NCBI GenBank assembly: GCA_905182865.1
Contig: CAJJCY010000002.1
Span: 771,040 to 835,039, forward strand
Reading direction: 5' to 3'
Length of the DNA stretch: 64,000 nucleotides
Source of the DNA: an uncultured SAR324 cluster bacterium
GTDB taxonomy: Bacteria > SAR324 > NAC60-12
The translations under genes and the position numbers were made by a program. The first letter of the stretch is position 1; every line of letters starts with the position of its first letter. Positions 10,501 through 20,144 of this stretch are shown here, in pieces. The notes beneath the pieces are model-generated. The model searched no databases. It was not told the DNA's origin and was given only the letters and a program-made list of their open reading frames with translations.

Positions 10501-11394
10501 TTGACGCTCTGCTTCCAGGGACCGCCGGGCAGCGGCTTTAGATTCTCCAAAACTCTGCACATCCTCCCAAAATTCCATACATGGATTGAGGGTATAGACA
10601 TGAATATCACGCAGGTTCGCTAGCTGTTCAGTAAGTGCTTTTTGATGAAAGCTGGAAAGATATGAAACACCAAAAATATGCAGAGGTTTTAGTTTATTAT
10701 TTGAGGATTGAGAATAAAGAATAGAATTCTGCTGTTTTGATTCACTGCTATAAAGCCGGCAAAGCTGCGGTAATGTATAAAGTTCCGGCTGGAATTCTAC
10801 GGATTTTGATTGACGGGCACTGCGGTTATGACGAGTGACCTTGCCTTCCGCACCAAATAGTTCGCTCCAGAGTTCCCTCTGCCAGCTTTCTGTTTCGAGA
10901 GGACCTTGATCAAACGCATTTCGTCCAGCCAGCCAGTGAGTTAGAATTTCGTCGTTTCGGGAAAGTTCATATTCCATGAACAAATGCGTTAAGCGTCCGG
11001 CTAACTGATATAGTCGATGTTCTCCTGCTTCCAGACTTAGTTTTGTTTTTGGTGTAATGTAATTGCGAACCGGCAACCAGAGAGGATCTGAATTTTTTAG
11101 TTTATTACGTAATACTTCCAGCAGCAGGCACTGCGTGGTTTCCGATTTAAGCAGGGCGTAAAATCCACCACTCATTTTTTTTTGCAAACCCTCATTGATG
11201 GCCTTTTCCAGCGTTATAAAACGCAGGTTTGCGGCAATACCCTGAAATTGTGCAAGTTTGAGAGAGATCCATTTTTCCAGGCTGAAATTCGGCACCACTA
11301 TCTCTGCCGAATCAAAAGGATCCCGTTTTTCCAGCTCTTGTGCCAGAGGCACAATTAGACATTCCAGGCGGTTTGAATAGTGAAGGAGAGGCAT
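7573..11394 (-). CDS. recC: exodeoxyribonuclease V gamma subunit RecC
   Basis: 1273 aa. Blocks collinear with remembered E. coli RecC: HYSNRLECL / GIAANLRF at the N-terminus, LNPCMEFWEDV, NPFLQAWGRPGRENIKLL, CANPRREVEAV, KPMRPIPFKAVFLLGMGEGLFP, ERDRYMFLETLVSTRKHLVLSYV. Confidence 0.9.
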   Translation of the reverse strand: MPLLHYSNRLECLIVPLAQELEKRDPFDSAEIVVPNFSLEKWISLKLAQFQGIAANLRFITLEKAINEGLQKKMSGGFYALLKSETTQCLLLEVLRNKLKNSDPLWLPVRNYITPKTKLSLEAGEHRLYQLAGRLTHLFMEYELSRNDEILTHWLAGRNAFDQGPLETESWQRELWSELFGAEGKVTRHNRSARQSKSVEFQPELYTLPQLCRLYSSESKQQNSILYSQSSNNKLKPLHIFGVSYLSSFHQKALTEQLANLRDIHVYTLNPCMEFWEDVQSFGESKAAARRSLEAERQRFEKYEVLSETEIEMGELFQDEEDNPFLQAWGRPGRENIKLLNQWSAWSFEPWFADADSSATQTENSEEPQQSVLNQLQQDILFREPRRAEPLNLKQDESLVVLACANPRREVEAVASLIWDWIRRNPDLQLNECALIVHDMELYQHEIEQVFESIYNLPYHLIDGISGSASRLEDAANSLLGLCFTEYTRRDIFSLINNPCFLQKFNDTVSAGKNSYGEPLQIQQWLQWADELNVFYGIDRESQEEQGYLHLEHDIYHWEQAFQRLTLGEMVPAEEGNGIFSNGDQQIVPVDLAEEWSAEAARFMLIVRSLIADTRDLPKWKMCGKDWGRYLQTLLKTYLRPIEEADEEAFQNLLRNVLAFRDLDLGDESGPRQFSFSTIFEFFKQKQQSATVHRGHYLAEGVTVSSFKPMRPIPFKAVFLLGMGEGLFPTPYRRDNLDLRHIPVNLNPAVEGQTLRERRLGDVSETERDRYMFLETLVSTRKHLVLSYVSRNDRTDDELNHSSIIQTLIDELDSGYLKAKYEIIRHPLKPYALEYFPELSAEQIDIVDNQNPVSKNHYPNYDPAAFYQARAFRMRELFDQEFPSSRSSGGFQRISPDWLSPEVMLPITAGAFRITATESVAVKQLSSVAFSRLRKFLESPLQSTASHLLGLAEDEEDVSEKVDEPLVLVRLSEWLLLRKVWNMGLNAPAKGSQQKSQPEWQKLYRLHSQRMELQGEMPTGIFGEAMQIRHLRILKNWQKQLTAVLETDWNSLQKNLSQFYFGAVRKGKFNEGLSGTDRILPAVKIQKENPEPSDSENMYFKIQGETEWWYTDESGNRYVIYFSERESKDKVWLRHFLDVLVLLAVDIIPEGTQVTGLCITGEGKRKSRKIHLPSRHQAQDYLANLLQEMNTEHAAVLMPVESVLELAKENLTGADYNSRYTEWMDAKLNSSSENLGISSQYGPVKFLTDIAYPENPHQLMNRRFQLFFETVLV

Positions 11395-11400
11395 TTTTAA

Positions 11401-11449
11401 ATGATCAGATACCGATGAACAATGATCAAGCTACTATGATCAATGAACA
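11401..11449. repeat. Five ATGAWCA heptamers (three ATGATCA, two ATGAACA) in the ppiD-recC intergenic region; contains three GATC sites
   Basis: ATGATCA is read directly at 11401, 11422 and 11436, and ATGAACA at 11415 and 11443. The array ends 6 nt from the recC start codon, which has no visible Shine-Dalgarno. Confidence 0.5.
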
Positions 11450-11482
11450 GTAAACAAAAATCAAATTGGAGAGAATTAAACC

Positions 11483-13378
11483 TCAGGCATCAGGTGTGCG
11501 GAACACCGGATTAATGACCTCAATTGATGCAGAATCCCGCAAGCGCTTCAGTTCCTTACTGAGCAGTGCCTGCTGCAAATTTTGACGGAGTTGCGCCCTG
11601 ACTTTGTCTTTCTGCTCATCTGCATTTTCTACTGCAAGAGTACGTTTTTTAAAGTGAATCAGGTCTGCACGATTTTCATTCAAGCTTAAGCCGAAAAGTT
11701 GATTTTGATTTAAATGCAAGCCCACTTTACGGAATTCTGTATTGTCACCCACTCCGGGCAGGAATCTGGTGTTTGCGGTAAAGGCTAAAGTTTCTATTTT
11801 TAGTCCAAGTTTATCTGCAAGTCTTTCAATGTTCTCACCTCTCTCAACTTGAGTCAAAGAGTTTTTTGCTGTTTCAAGGGCAAGTGATCTGGCTTTTTCA
11901 AGACGTACGGCAGTTTCGACATCCTCTTTTGCCTCTTCATAGTCACGTGTAACCGGTTCTTTTACTTGACTGAGACGGTAGACCACATGTCCCAAAATAG
12001 GATTACGTCTCCAGACACCCATTTCTCCAGGTTTCCGACTCAGTAACTCTGTAACAAGTCCTGAAGCCGAACCAATTCCAGGTATGACCTGAGATTTATC
12101 AAACCACTTTGAGATTTGCACATCTTTGCTTAATTTCAGGGCCTCCTCAGTAAATGACTCTCCTGCAAGTCCTGAAAGTCTGTCCAGGTCTTCATCGATA
12201 CGTTTTTGTGCTCGACTTTCTGCAAGAATACCCGTTATTTCATCTCGTGCTTCGTCCAAAGATTTTGTAATTTCCTCTTTAAGTTCATCGACTTTAATCA
12301 GGTGCAACCCAAATGGAGACTGTACAATATCACTCACTTCTCCTGCAGCCAGGGCAAAAGCAGCGGTTTCAAAAGCCGGCACCATTTCTCCGGGCTTAAA
12401 CCAGCCCAAATCACCACCATCTGCGGCTGTTCCATCTTCAGAATGCTCTCTTGCCAACTCCTCAAATGATTTTCCAGACCTGATTTGCGTCAGCAATTTT
12501 TCCAACTGCTGCTGTTTTTCAGTAAGTGTTTCTTCCGGAGAATCAGGTGGAAGTTTCAAAAGAATGTGACGAGCCTTTATTTGCGGTGGAGTAACATAAC
12601 TCTCAGTATTTTTCTTGTAGTAGCGTCGTACTTCACGTTCACGAACATTGACAATGTCTTTGTAGTAATCTGCTGAAAGAGTATAAAACTCAATTTTGAA
12701 TTGATTCAAAGTCTGGAATTCATCCGGATGTTCCTGATGGTACCTTCTAAGATCCACTTGATTTACTGTTGTTTTGTCGATGAAAATCTGTGGATCAAAA
12801 AACACATACTCCACTTCAATATTCTCAAAGTCCATGCGATAAGCTTGTTCGACCTCTGTTGAACTGATCACCAGACCTGTACCAAGCAGCTGTTGTTTTT
12901 TTGAAAGTAAAAGGTCTGTTCTCAGAGAACCCTCGTATTCGTGTCGTACAATCCTGTTTTGACTTAAAACAGTTTCATAAGTATCATAATCAAACTGTCC
13001 GTTTTTTTGAAAATACGCCTGCCGGCGGATGAAGTCCTGAAGTTCCAGATCTGTTGCCAACAGGTTGAGTTCAGCTGCATCCGTCAGAAGCAGGTGCCGG
13101 TCAATGAGCTGATTAAAAACTTGTTGACGCAGATTCAGCTGTTCTGCAAATTTTTCAGCATTTTCTCCAAACTGTTCCTGAAAAGTGCGCATCCGGTTTT
13201 CATAAGCTTCACGGTATTCCTTTAGCAAAATTTCCTGATCATTGACTTTGGCCACAACTTCCTTGCGGTCACCAAAAAAACCTCCTACTCCAAACGATAA
13301 GACAAAAGTGATGGCAATAACGCCCATGAGAAGTTTGAAGAATAAGTTATTTGAATATTCTCTTAATTCCTGAATCAT
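11483..13378 (-). CDS. ppiD: periplasmic chaperone / peptidyl-prolyl isomerase PpiD
   Basis: 631 aa with an N-terminal membrane anchor (LLMGVIAITFVLSFGVGGFFG), a SurA-N-like region, and a parvulin domain (ARHILLKL...GGDLGWFKPGEMVPAFETAAF...SPFGLHLIKV). Confidence 0.85.
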   Translation of the reverse strand: MIQELREYSNNLFFKLLMGVIAITFVLSFGVGGFFGDRKEVVAKVNDQEILLKEYREAYENRMRTFQEQFGENAEKFAEQLNLRQQVFNQLIDRHLLLTDAAELNLLATDLELQDFIRRQAYFQKNGQFDYDTYETVLSQNRIVRHEYEGSLRTDLLLSKKQQLLGTGLVISSTEVEQAYRMDFENIEVEYVFFDPQIFIDKTTVNQVDLRRYHQEHPDEFQTLNQFKIEFYTLSADYYKDIVNVREREVRRYYKKNTESYVTPPQIKARHILLKLPPDSPEETLTEKQQQLEKLLTQIRSGKSFEELAREHSEDGTAADGGDLGWFKPGEMVPAFETAAFALAAGEVSDIVQSPFGLHLIKVDELKEEITKSLDEARDEITGILAESRAQKRIDEDLDRLSGLAGESFTEEALKLSKDVQISKWFDKSQVIPGIGSASGLVTELLSRKPGEMGVWRRNPILGHVVYRLSQVKEPVTRDYEEAKEDVETAVRLEKARSLALETAKNSLTQVERGENIERLADKLGLKIETLAFTANTRFLPGVGDNTEFRKVGLHLNQNQLFGLSLNENRADLIHFKKRTLAVENADEQKDKVRAQLRQNLQQALLSKELKRLRDSASIEVINPVFRTPDA

Positions 13379-13681
13379 TCGAGTCCTGTTTTTATTTTAG
13401 TTTTTAATGTCAGCTTATTAGTAGTATGAATCGACCTTTAATTAGATTAGATTTTAATCATTCTTGCAAGTCAAACTCAGTATCTCCAAGGAATATTTCA
13501 GAATTAACGTTATTGTCTTCAAGGGCCGGAGTGTTATTTTTGGTTCGTTTTCAAACGTGTGTATGATAAAATAATTGTCCATGGTAACAATCACGATTTC
13601 ACTGATCCATGTAATCAGTCTTCCGCAGTTATAATTTGCTGAAGCCCTTCATAACCATTTTTATCGTTTTATGCAAATCGC

Positions 13682-14203
13682 ATGAATTACTTAAAACAGA
13701 AAATCCGTACGATTCCCGACTTTCCGGCACCCGGAATTCAATTCCGGGACATCACAACACTTCTTTCAGATCCGGAAGCTTTTAACGACGTTATAGAGCG
13801 CTTTGTTGAGCATTATCAGGACGAAGAGATTGACCTGGTGGCTGGTGTAGAAGCACGGGGTTTCATCATTGGAGCACCATTGGCTTTGCGTTTGGGAAAG
13901 GGCTTTATTCCAATCCGGAAAGCAGGAAAACTGCCCGGCCCCACTCACGGAGTTGCATACGATTTGGAGTATGGGACAGATCGGGTGGAAGTTCATCAGG
14001 ACGCTATTCCAGCAGGAAGCAAAATCTTGATAGTTGATGATTTGCTGGCTACAGGCGGTACGATTGAAGGTTGCTCAAGACTAATCGTACAAGCCGGAGG
14101 AGTCATTGTCGGATATGCCTTTGTAATTGAATTAATAGATTTAAATGGTCGTAACCGCTTGAATCACCCAATTTTCTCTCTTGTCAATTTTGAGGGAGAA
14201 TGA
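13682..14203 (+). CDS. apt: adenine phosphoribosyltransferase
   Basis: IRTIPDFPAPGIQFRDITTLL, VAGVEARGFIIGAPLA, YDLEYGTD and the PRPP loop ILIVDDLLATGGT match Apt. Confidence 0.9.
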   Translation: MNYLKQKIRTIPDFPAPGIQFRDITTLLSDPEAFNDVIERFVEHYQDEEIDLVAGVEARGFIIGAPLALRLGKGFIPIRKAGKLPGPTHGVAYDLEYGTDRVEVHQDAIPAGSKILIVDDLLATGGTIEGCSRLIVQAGGVIVGYAFVIELIDLNGRNRLNHPIFSLVNFEGE

Positions 14204-14706
14204 AACAGGTTGCATCCAAAACAGGGTTTACTGATTATAAAATCAGGCCCTTTGAAACCATTGCCGAGCAAGTCCGGAAATGGCGGGAAGAGGGCCGGAG
14301 CCTGGTTTTTACCAACGGCTGTTTTGATTTACTGCATGCAGGTCATGTCAGGTATTTGCAAACCGCAGCAGACTTTGGTGACATTTTCATCCTGGGCCTC
14401 AATTCTGATACGTCTGTCCGAAAATTAAAAGGCCCAACTCGTCCTATCATGCTGGAGGCAGATCGTGCGTTTTTGCTTAGTGGACTGGAAGCAATCGACT
14501 GTGTTGTGATTTTTGATGAAGAAACTCCAGCACGATTAATCGAAACAGTGATTCCGGATGTTTTAGTAAAGGGAGGTGACTATATCGCAGAAGAAATCGT
14601 CGGATATGACACTGTTACAAAAAATGGAGGCAGGGTGGAAATAGTTCCCTTTTTAGAAGGTAAATCGACATCCGGCATGATCAACTTAATAATGGAGAAC
14701 ACATGA
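14200..14706 (+). CDS. D-glycero-beta-D-manno-heptose 1-phosphate adenylyltransferase (RfaE domain II / HldC type)
   Basis: Cytidylyltransferase motif [19 protein letters not shown], then [19 protein letters not shown] and LVKGGDY. ATGA overlap with apt. Confidence 0.85.
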   Translation: MKQVASKTGFTDYKIRPFETIAEQVRKWREEGRSLVFTNGCFDLLHAGHVRYLQTAADFGDIFILGLNSDTSVRKLKGPTRPIMLEADRAFLLSGLEAIDCVVIFDEETPARLIETVIPDVLVKGGDYIAEEIVGYDTVTKNGGRVEIVPFLEGKSTSGMINLIMENT

Positions 14707-15638
14707 TTGTTGTTACGGGCGGAGCCGGATTTATCGGCAGTAATATTGTCAAGGGACTGAATGATGCCGGAGAAGAAGATATTCTGGTAGTCGACAATTT
14801 GAGTAACGCGGAAAAGCACCTCAACCTGAACAGCTTGTCGATTGCAGATTATCTGGACAAAGATGATTATTTGAACAGCCTCAACAAGTTTCAGAACGTC
14901 AGTGCAATTTTTCATCAGGGTGCCTGTTCATCTACAACAGAGCAGGACGGCAAATACATGATGTCCAACAATTACGAATATTCCAAAACGCTGCTCAACC
15001 ATTGCCTTAAAAACAAAATTGATTTTCTTTATGCTTCCAGCGCCGCAGTTTACGGCAATGGAGAAAAAGGATTTGTCGAGGAACGTGAATCTGAGTACCC
15101 GCTGAATGTTTATGGTTTTTCCAAATTTGCCTTTGATAATTATGTCCGGCTCATTCTGCCAAAAGCCGAAAGCCAGGTGATGGGACTGCGTTATTTTAAC
15201 GTTTATGGACCGCAGGAAAATCACAAGGGCCGAATGGCATCAGTCGCTTTCCATCTTTTTCATCAGCTTCAGGAAACAGGAAAAATGAAGCTTTTTGAGG
15301 GTAGCGGAAATTTCCGGCGTGACTTTATTCATGTTGCAGACACAGTGAAAATCAATCTCCATTTTTACGAATCCAAATCCAGCGGTATTTTCAATGCAGG
15401 TACAGGAAAAGCCCGGAGTTTTGAGGATATTGCCACCACCCTGCAACGCCTGCACGGCAGTGGTGAACTTGAAACTATTCCCTTTCCGGAAGATCTTCGG
15501 GGTAAATATCAGGAGTTCACGGAGGCCGGACTGAATAATTTACGTAGTGCGGGTTATACGGAGGAATTTATTTCCCTGGAAGAAGGGGTTGGGAAATATT
15601 ACGAGCAGCTTTCTAACACCGATGGAAGGTATATTTGA
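14703..15638 (+). CDS. hldD: ADP-L-glycero-D-manno-heptose 6-epimerase
   Basis: [66 protein letters not shown]. Close to remembered E. coli RfaD/HldD along its whole length. Confidence 0.9.
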   Translation: MIVVTGGAGFIGSNIVKGLNDAGEEDILVVDNLSNAEKHLNLNSLSIADYLDKDDYLNSLNKFQNVSAIFHQGACSSTTEQDGKYMMSNNYEYSKTLLNHCLKNKIDFLYASSAAVYGNGEKGFVEERESEYPLNVYGFSKFAFDNYVRLILPKAESQVMGLRYFNVYGPQENHKGRMASVAFHLFHQLQETGKMKLFEGSGNFRRDFIHVADTVKINLHFYESKSSGIFNAGTGKARSFEDIATTLQRLHGSGELETIPFPEDLRGKYQEFTEAGLNNLRSAGYTEEFISLEEGVGKYYEQLSNTDGRYI

Positions 15639-16147
15639 AAGTACCCACAAAAAAATCGTCTAGCAAAGTTCCCGACTCCGAATTTTCCGGGTTCAGTGTA
15701 ACAGAACTGCCAGGCTTTCTATTTGTTGATCACATTGCAATTGCAGTCTGTGCCGGAGAGCTGGAAGCACAGTTGAAAATGTACCGACTGATGGGCTTCA
15801 GAGAACTGCACCGTGAAGAAATGGGCGGTACGGACCAGGTACGGGAAGTTCTGCTTCAAATTGGAGAAAGCCCAAATTTGATCCAGCTGCTGGAACCTCT
15901 TTCTGCAGAATCTCCGGTACAAAAACAAATTGACCGAAACGGAGGGCGCGGCGGATTGGCACATGTTGGTTTGCGGGTAAAAAGCGCGCAGGCTTCTTTT
16001 GACTTTCTCAAAGCACAGGGTTTCCGGATTGTAGATGATGCCCCACGTCCCGGTTCTCGGGGCACAACCGTCTTTTTTATTCACCCCAAATCTCATCAGG
16101 ATGCACCTTTTGGAGTGCTCTATGAAATAGTCGAAGATCCAAAATAA
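15635..16147 (+). CDS. VOC/glyoxalase-fold protein, methylmalonyl-CoA epimerase-like
   Basis: VDHIAIAV...ELLEPL-type pattern ([34 protein letters not shown]...FFIHPKS...VLYEIVE). The N-terminal 25 aa may not be translated. Confidence 0.65.
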   Translation: MKVPTKKSSSKVPDSEFSGFSVTELPGFLFVDHIAIAVCAGELEAQLKMYRLMGFRELHREEMGGTDQVREVLLQIGESPNLIQLLEPLSAESPVQKQIDRNGGRGGLAHVGLRVKSAQASFDFLKAQGFRIVDDAPRPGSRGTTVFFIHPKSHQDAPFGVLYEIVEDPK

Positions 16148-16157
16148 ATTAACAGGA

Positions 16158-17149
16158 ATGGACTCTGAAAAGAAAATAGTTTTAGTAGTTGGAGGTGCAG
16201 GATACATTGGTTCGCATGTGGTCAAAGCACTGCGTGATGCAGGAAAATCTCCTGTCGTTTTTGATAACATGAGCAGCGGACTACAGGAAAATCTGTTGCC
16301 TGGAATTCCTTTCATCAAAGGCGACACGCAGTTTCCGGAACAATTAGCTTCTGCCATGAAAGGAGTGGATTCGATCATCCACATGGCGGCCCTGAAAGCT
16401 GCAGGTGAGTCAATGACAGAGCCCGAAAAATATGCTGAAAACAACATTTCCGGAACCATCAACCTGCTCAATGCGGCAACGGCAGCAAAGGTGAAATATT
16501 TTGTCTTTTCCTCCAGTGCGGCAGTTTACGGTGAACCGCAATATCTTCCTCTTGACGAGTCACATCCCACGACGCCTATTAACTTTTACGGCCACACAAA
16601 ACTGGCAATTGAGAATTTGCTTCACTGGTACAGTCAGCTCAAGGGGTTGCGGTTTTCCAGTCTGCGTTACTTTAATGCTGCAGGTTATGACGTGGATGGT
16701 GAGCTGAACGGACTTGAACATAAACCTAATAACTTATTGCCGATTGTACTGGAAACGATTGTAGGCCGGAGAGAAAAAGTGGAAGTTTTCGGTACTGATT
16801 ATGATACTAGGGACGGCAGTTGCATACGTGATTATATTCACGTCAGTGATCTCGCAGACGCACATCTAAAGGCACTGGATTATCTGAAGCATGAAAATCA
16901 GGATCTGGTGATTAATCTTGGCACATCCAAAGGTTTGAGTGTGCTGGAAATTATACAGATTGCACGTGAAGTATCCGGACAGGAATTTAATTATACCCTC
17001 GGCCACGCCGTGCCGGTGATCCGGCTGTTGTTTTGGCAAAAGCTGAATTGGCCGCAGAACTGCTCGGCTGGAGACCAAAACACAGTGATGCGCACACACT
17101 CTGCTGGAAACAACTCTGCGGGCTTATCGGCAGAGTTCGTAGTCTTTAG
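16158..17149 (+). pseudogene. galE: UDP-glucose 4-epimerase GalE with a 1-nt frameshift at 17003-17004
   Basis: VLVVGGAGYIGSH, SSSAAVYG, YGHTKL and RYFNAAG are all intact. After ...FNYTLG the GalE text PRRAGDPAVVLAKAELAAELLGWRPKHSD continues in the +2 frame. Reading GGCCCA instead of the observed GGCCA would restore the frame. The exact C-terminal end (17142 or 17149) is uncertain. Confidence 0.8.
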
Positions 17150-17197
17150 GTCGCCGAATCATCAAACTCATCTTATAATCATACCAATAGAACAATT

Positions 17198-17949
17198 ATG
17201 CGTATTTATATTCTGATTCTTGCAGCGTTTACTTGGGAGCCTGTACTCTCAAACCAGTCGAGACGGTTTATCACGAAGAAAAAGACTTTACTCGTTTCAC
17301 GACTAAAGCATTCAAAACCGAAACGGGAGCAAGGAAATTGAGTTGGTGGCCAGTAAGGAATGTCCAGGTAAAGTGATCTGCACTGATCAGGAAATTAAAT
17401 TGAAAGTCATGCATACAGACCGTTTTTCATTGTTAAAGGGCAAGGACCTTGTTCTGGAAACTGAGCAGGGACAAACTTAATTTAAATGAGAGGGATTATT
17501 CAAATTCATACGATATGAATAAGATAGCTAAAGATGGAACGAGATGGTGTTTTGAATGAACAATTCTTAATCTGGGTTTCTGAGTCAGATTTCCGCAAAG
17601 CAGCTATGCTCAAAACGCAATTATGAAAGTCGGAGATGATTCTTTTGAGCTCTCAAGTGAGGGACGAAACTCCTGGCAGATAATGCTCGACAAAGAGCGT
17701 TTACTTGAGATCATGGATGAAGAACAGCAGCGGGAATATGGACTGTATACGCATGAAAGAAAAGATAAAAAAGAGATAACTGTTCAAGAAAAACGGATGT
17801 CTTCAGAAGCAGAGGAATCAACGTGGAAACTGGTTAAGGACTCAAACAGTGTTGAAGACTTACGCTATTTCCTGGAGAAGTTTCCGGACAGTCCTTATGC
17901 CATTCCTGCAAAGCTGAAACTCAAGCAGTTGGAAAGGGGAAAAGAATAA
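17198..17949 (+). pseudogene. hypothetical lipoprotein gene broken by about five 1-nt indels
   Basis: Hand translation follows one protein-like reading through five frame changes, near 17231-17242, 17341, 17468-17478, 17545-17549 and 17621-17624. Adding one T at about 17233 gives MRIYILILAAFTLGAC, a signal peptide plus lipobox. Only the last 108 aa (17623-17949) appear in the track. Confidence 0.5.
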
Positions 17950-17972
17950 ACGTCTTAACAATTTTAATCTGC

Positions 17973-18404
17973 TTAGTCCGGCAAAAACCGCTTACTTAGT
18001 TCTGCAGTTGGCACCATGCATTGCTCTCTTCTTCCAAACCACTTGTAGCGGTTCTTTGCAATGAAACGGTAGACCAGATCACGAAGAGATCGTGGCACAA
18101 CTGTCAGAAAAATCAGATGTTTTTGCCAACCGTCCAAATATGATAATGTTCTTAAAGCAGCATTACTGCTAACAGAAAAACTTCCTTCCTCAAAAAACAC
18201 CAGACTTTCGATATAATTTTCATCTATTTTATGCTCTTCCAGCAATCTCCTGCCGGCTCCGCTTTGGAGTGAAGCAAAACGTATTGTACTGGAAGAATCT
18301 CTTTTTACAATAAACTGGACCCAGGCATTGCAGAGGTTACAATGACCGTCAAAGAGAAGAATTGGCATTAGATTTTTTAAGATTGGTTTGCAATGATGAT
18401 TCAT
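17973..18404 (-). CDS. DCC-family thiol-disulfide oxidoreductase (DUF393)
   Basis: ILLFDGHCNLCNAWVQFIVKRD (C-x-x-C) followed by FASLQSGAGRRLL is characteristic of DCC1-like proteins. 143 aa and intact. Confidence 0.8.
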   Translation of the reverse strand: MNHHCKPILKNLMPILLFDGHCNLCNAWVQFIVKRDSSSTIRFASLQSGAGRRLLEEHKIDENYIESLVFFEEGSFSVSSNAALRTLSYLDGWQKHLIFLTVVPRSLRDLVYRFIAKNRYKWFGRREQCMVPTAELSKRFLPD

Positions 18405-18474
18405 ATTTTCTGAACAAATTGACTTAAAATTTAGAAAAGTATGATAGTTTAAGTATACTCCAAGAAAGTATTCA

Positions 18475-19859
18475 ATGGTAGAGAGTTTTAAAATGAAAAC
18501 ATGGATTGAGCTAATTATAAAGAGGTTAGATACACCAACGGATACAGCCAGTGTCGTCCTGCTGCGTATTGTTTTTGGATTGCTGATGTTCTGGGAAATG
18601 ACCCGTTATTATTATAATGGCTGGATCAGAGAGCTTTATGTAAAACCCCAGTTTCATTTCCAGTATGAATGGTTTCAGTGGCTTAGACCCTTCCTGAGGA
18701 GGCTATGTACCTCCTTTTCGCATCTCTTGCGATACTGTCCTTAATGATTACATTAGGTTTATTTTACAGAATTTCGACATTTTTTTCTTTTTGGGATACA
18801 GCTATTTTTTCCTCTTAGAACGTGCCATCTACAACAATCATTATTATCTGATTTGCCTGCTGAGTTTAATGCTGATTCTGGCTCCACTTCACAAGTCATG
18901 GTCCCTGGATGTTTTGCGAGGTCAGTGCACATACAGACAAGCTGCCTGCCTTGTGGCTTTGGATCTTTCGGCTTCATATGGGAATTGTATATTTTTACGG
19001 AGGGATTGCCAAGTTTGATCATGATTGGCTGAATGGACTTGCCACACGAAAATTAATGGGTGAAGGAAACCGTGGAACATTTCTGGAACCACTGATGCAG
19101 TATGAGTGGGTTCCCTATATTTATGCCTGGTCTGGAATGTTGTTTGATTTATTAATTCCATTTCTGATGCTTTGGAAGCCAACACGCAATTTGGCTTTTT
19201 TTGCTGTAATTATTTTTCACACTAATAATAATTTTGTTTTTTCAATTGGCGTTTTTCCCATGCTTGCTTTGATGTTAACACTCATTTACTATGATGCAGG
19301 ATTTCCTCGAAAAATCGTTCCAAATAAAATAAAAAAATGGGTAAGTGGAGAGTATAGAAAAAGGCTACTTGAACGAAATCAGGCTATATCTGCTTCGCAT
19401 AGTCAAACTCGGCCCCTATTTCTCGCTTTTCTTGGGATTTATATTTTAATACAGCTGCTGGTTCCTTTCCGTCATCTAACCTATCCGGGATGGACGACAT
19501 GGCATGAAGAAGGGCATGATTTTGCCTGGCGTATGATGCTTCGTCAAAAGACGAGTAGAATGACATTCAATGTAACTCATCCAGTGACTGGAGAGCAGCG
19601 CTATGCAGATCCGAGAGGACTACCTAAATTTTCTTCAGCTTAAGCTCATGGGAATCCTAGATTATTACTCCAGTTTGCACATCATCTTGATCAGCTCGTG
19701 CAAAAAAATGCAGGCTTTGATCCGATAATAACGGCCAGATTTGAAGTGAGTATGAATGGCAGGGAGTTCAGGTATTTGGTTGATCCAAATCTTGATCTCT
19801 CCGAGATTCCAGCCTATGAGCCAAGTTATCTCTGGATCAAACCATTTGGGGAGCATTGA
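18475..19859 (+). pseudogene. HTTM-domain (vitamin K-dependent gamma-carboxylase-like) membrane protein, about five frame disruptions
   Basis: HTTM-like text (DTASVVLLRIVFGLLMFWEMTRYYYNGWI...YVKPQFHFQYEWFQW; YFYGGIAKFDHDWLNG; C-terminal LLLQFAHHL...SMNGREFRYLVDPNLDL) can be followed through frame changes at about 18693, the T7 run 18780-18786, 18909-18930, about 19614, and the G run 19650-19652. The track shows three separate ORFs. Confidence 0.7.
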
Positions 19860-20009
19860 TTATTCAGTATAAATAGTATTTAAATTGAAACTTTTCTGTT
19901 TCCAATCTTGCCTGACAAACTCTGATCAAAGTTAGTCAAGTTCTTTTACTTAAGTGATTCAAATCTGAAAAAAGAACACTTACCTATTCAATATATTATA
20001 TTTTTTTCC

Positions 20010-20038
20010 TTGACACAAATTATATATTCATATAGCAT
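20010..20038 (+). promoter_or_regulatory. sigma70-like promoter candidate: TTGACA, 17 nt spacer, TAGCAT
   Basis: TTGACA at 20010-20015 and TAGCAT at 20033-20038, about 105 bp upstream of the ATG at 20145. Sequence inspection only. Confidence 0.3.
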
Positions 20039-20144
20039 TCTTCCAAGATTATTTTGCATTTAGCATTTAATCTAAATGATGGGGAATTTAATATTTGGGT
20101 TAACTTCCTCTTTTTTAATCAAAAACACTTCGATAGGAGTATGT

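Noticed and set aside
15719-16471. A 250-aa ORF on the minus strand.
   Set aside because: It is entirely antisense to the well-supported epimerase and galE genes, has a low-complexity composition, and shows no recognisable motifs. It is a shadow ORF.
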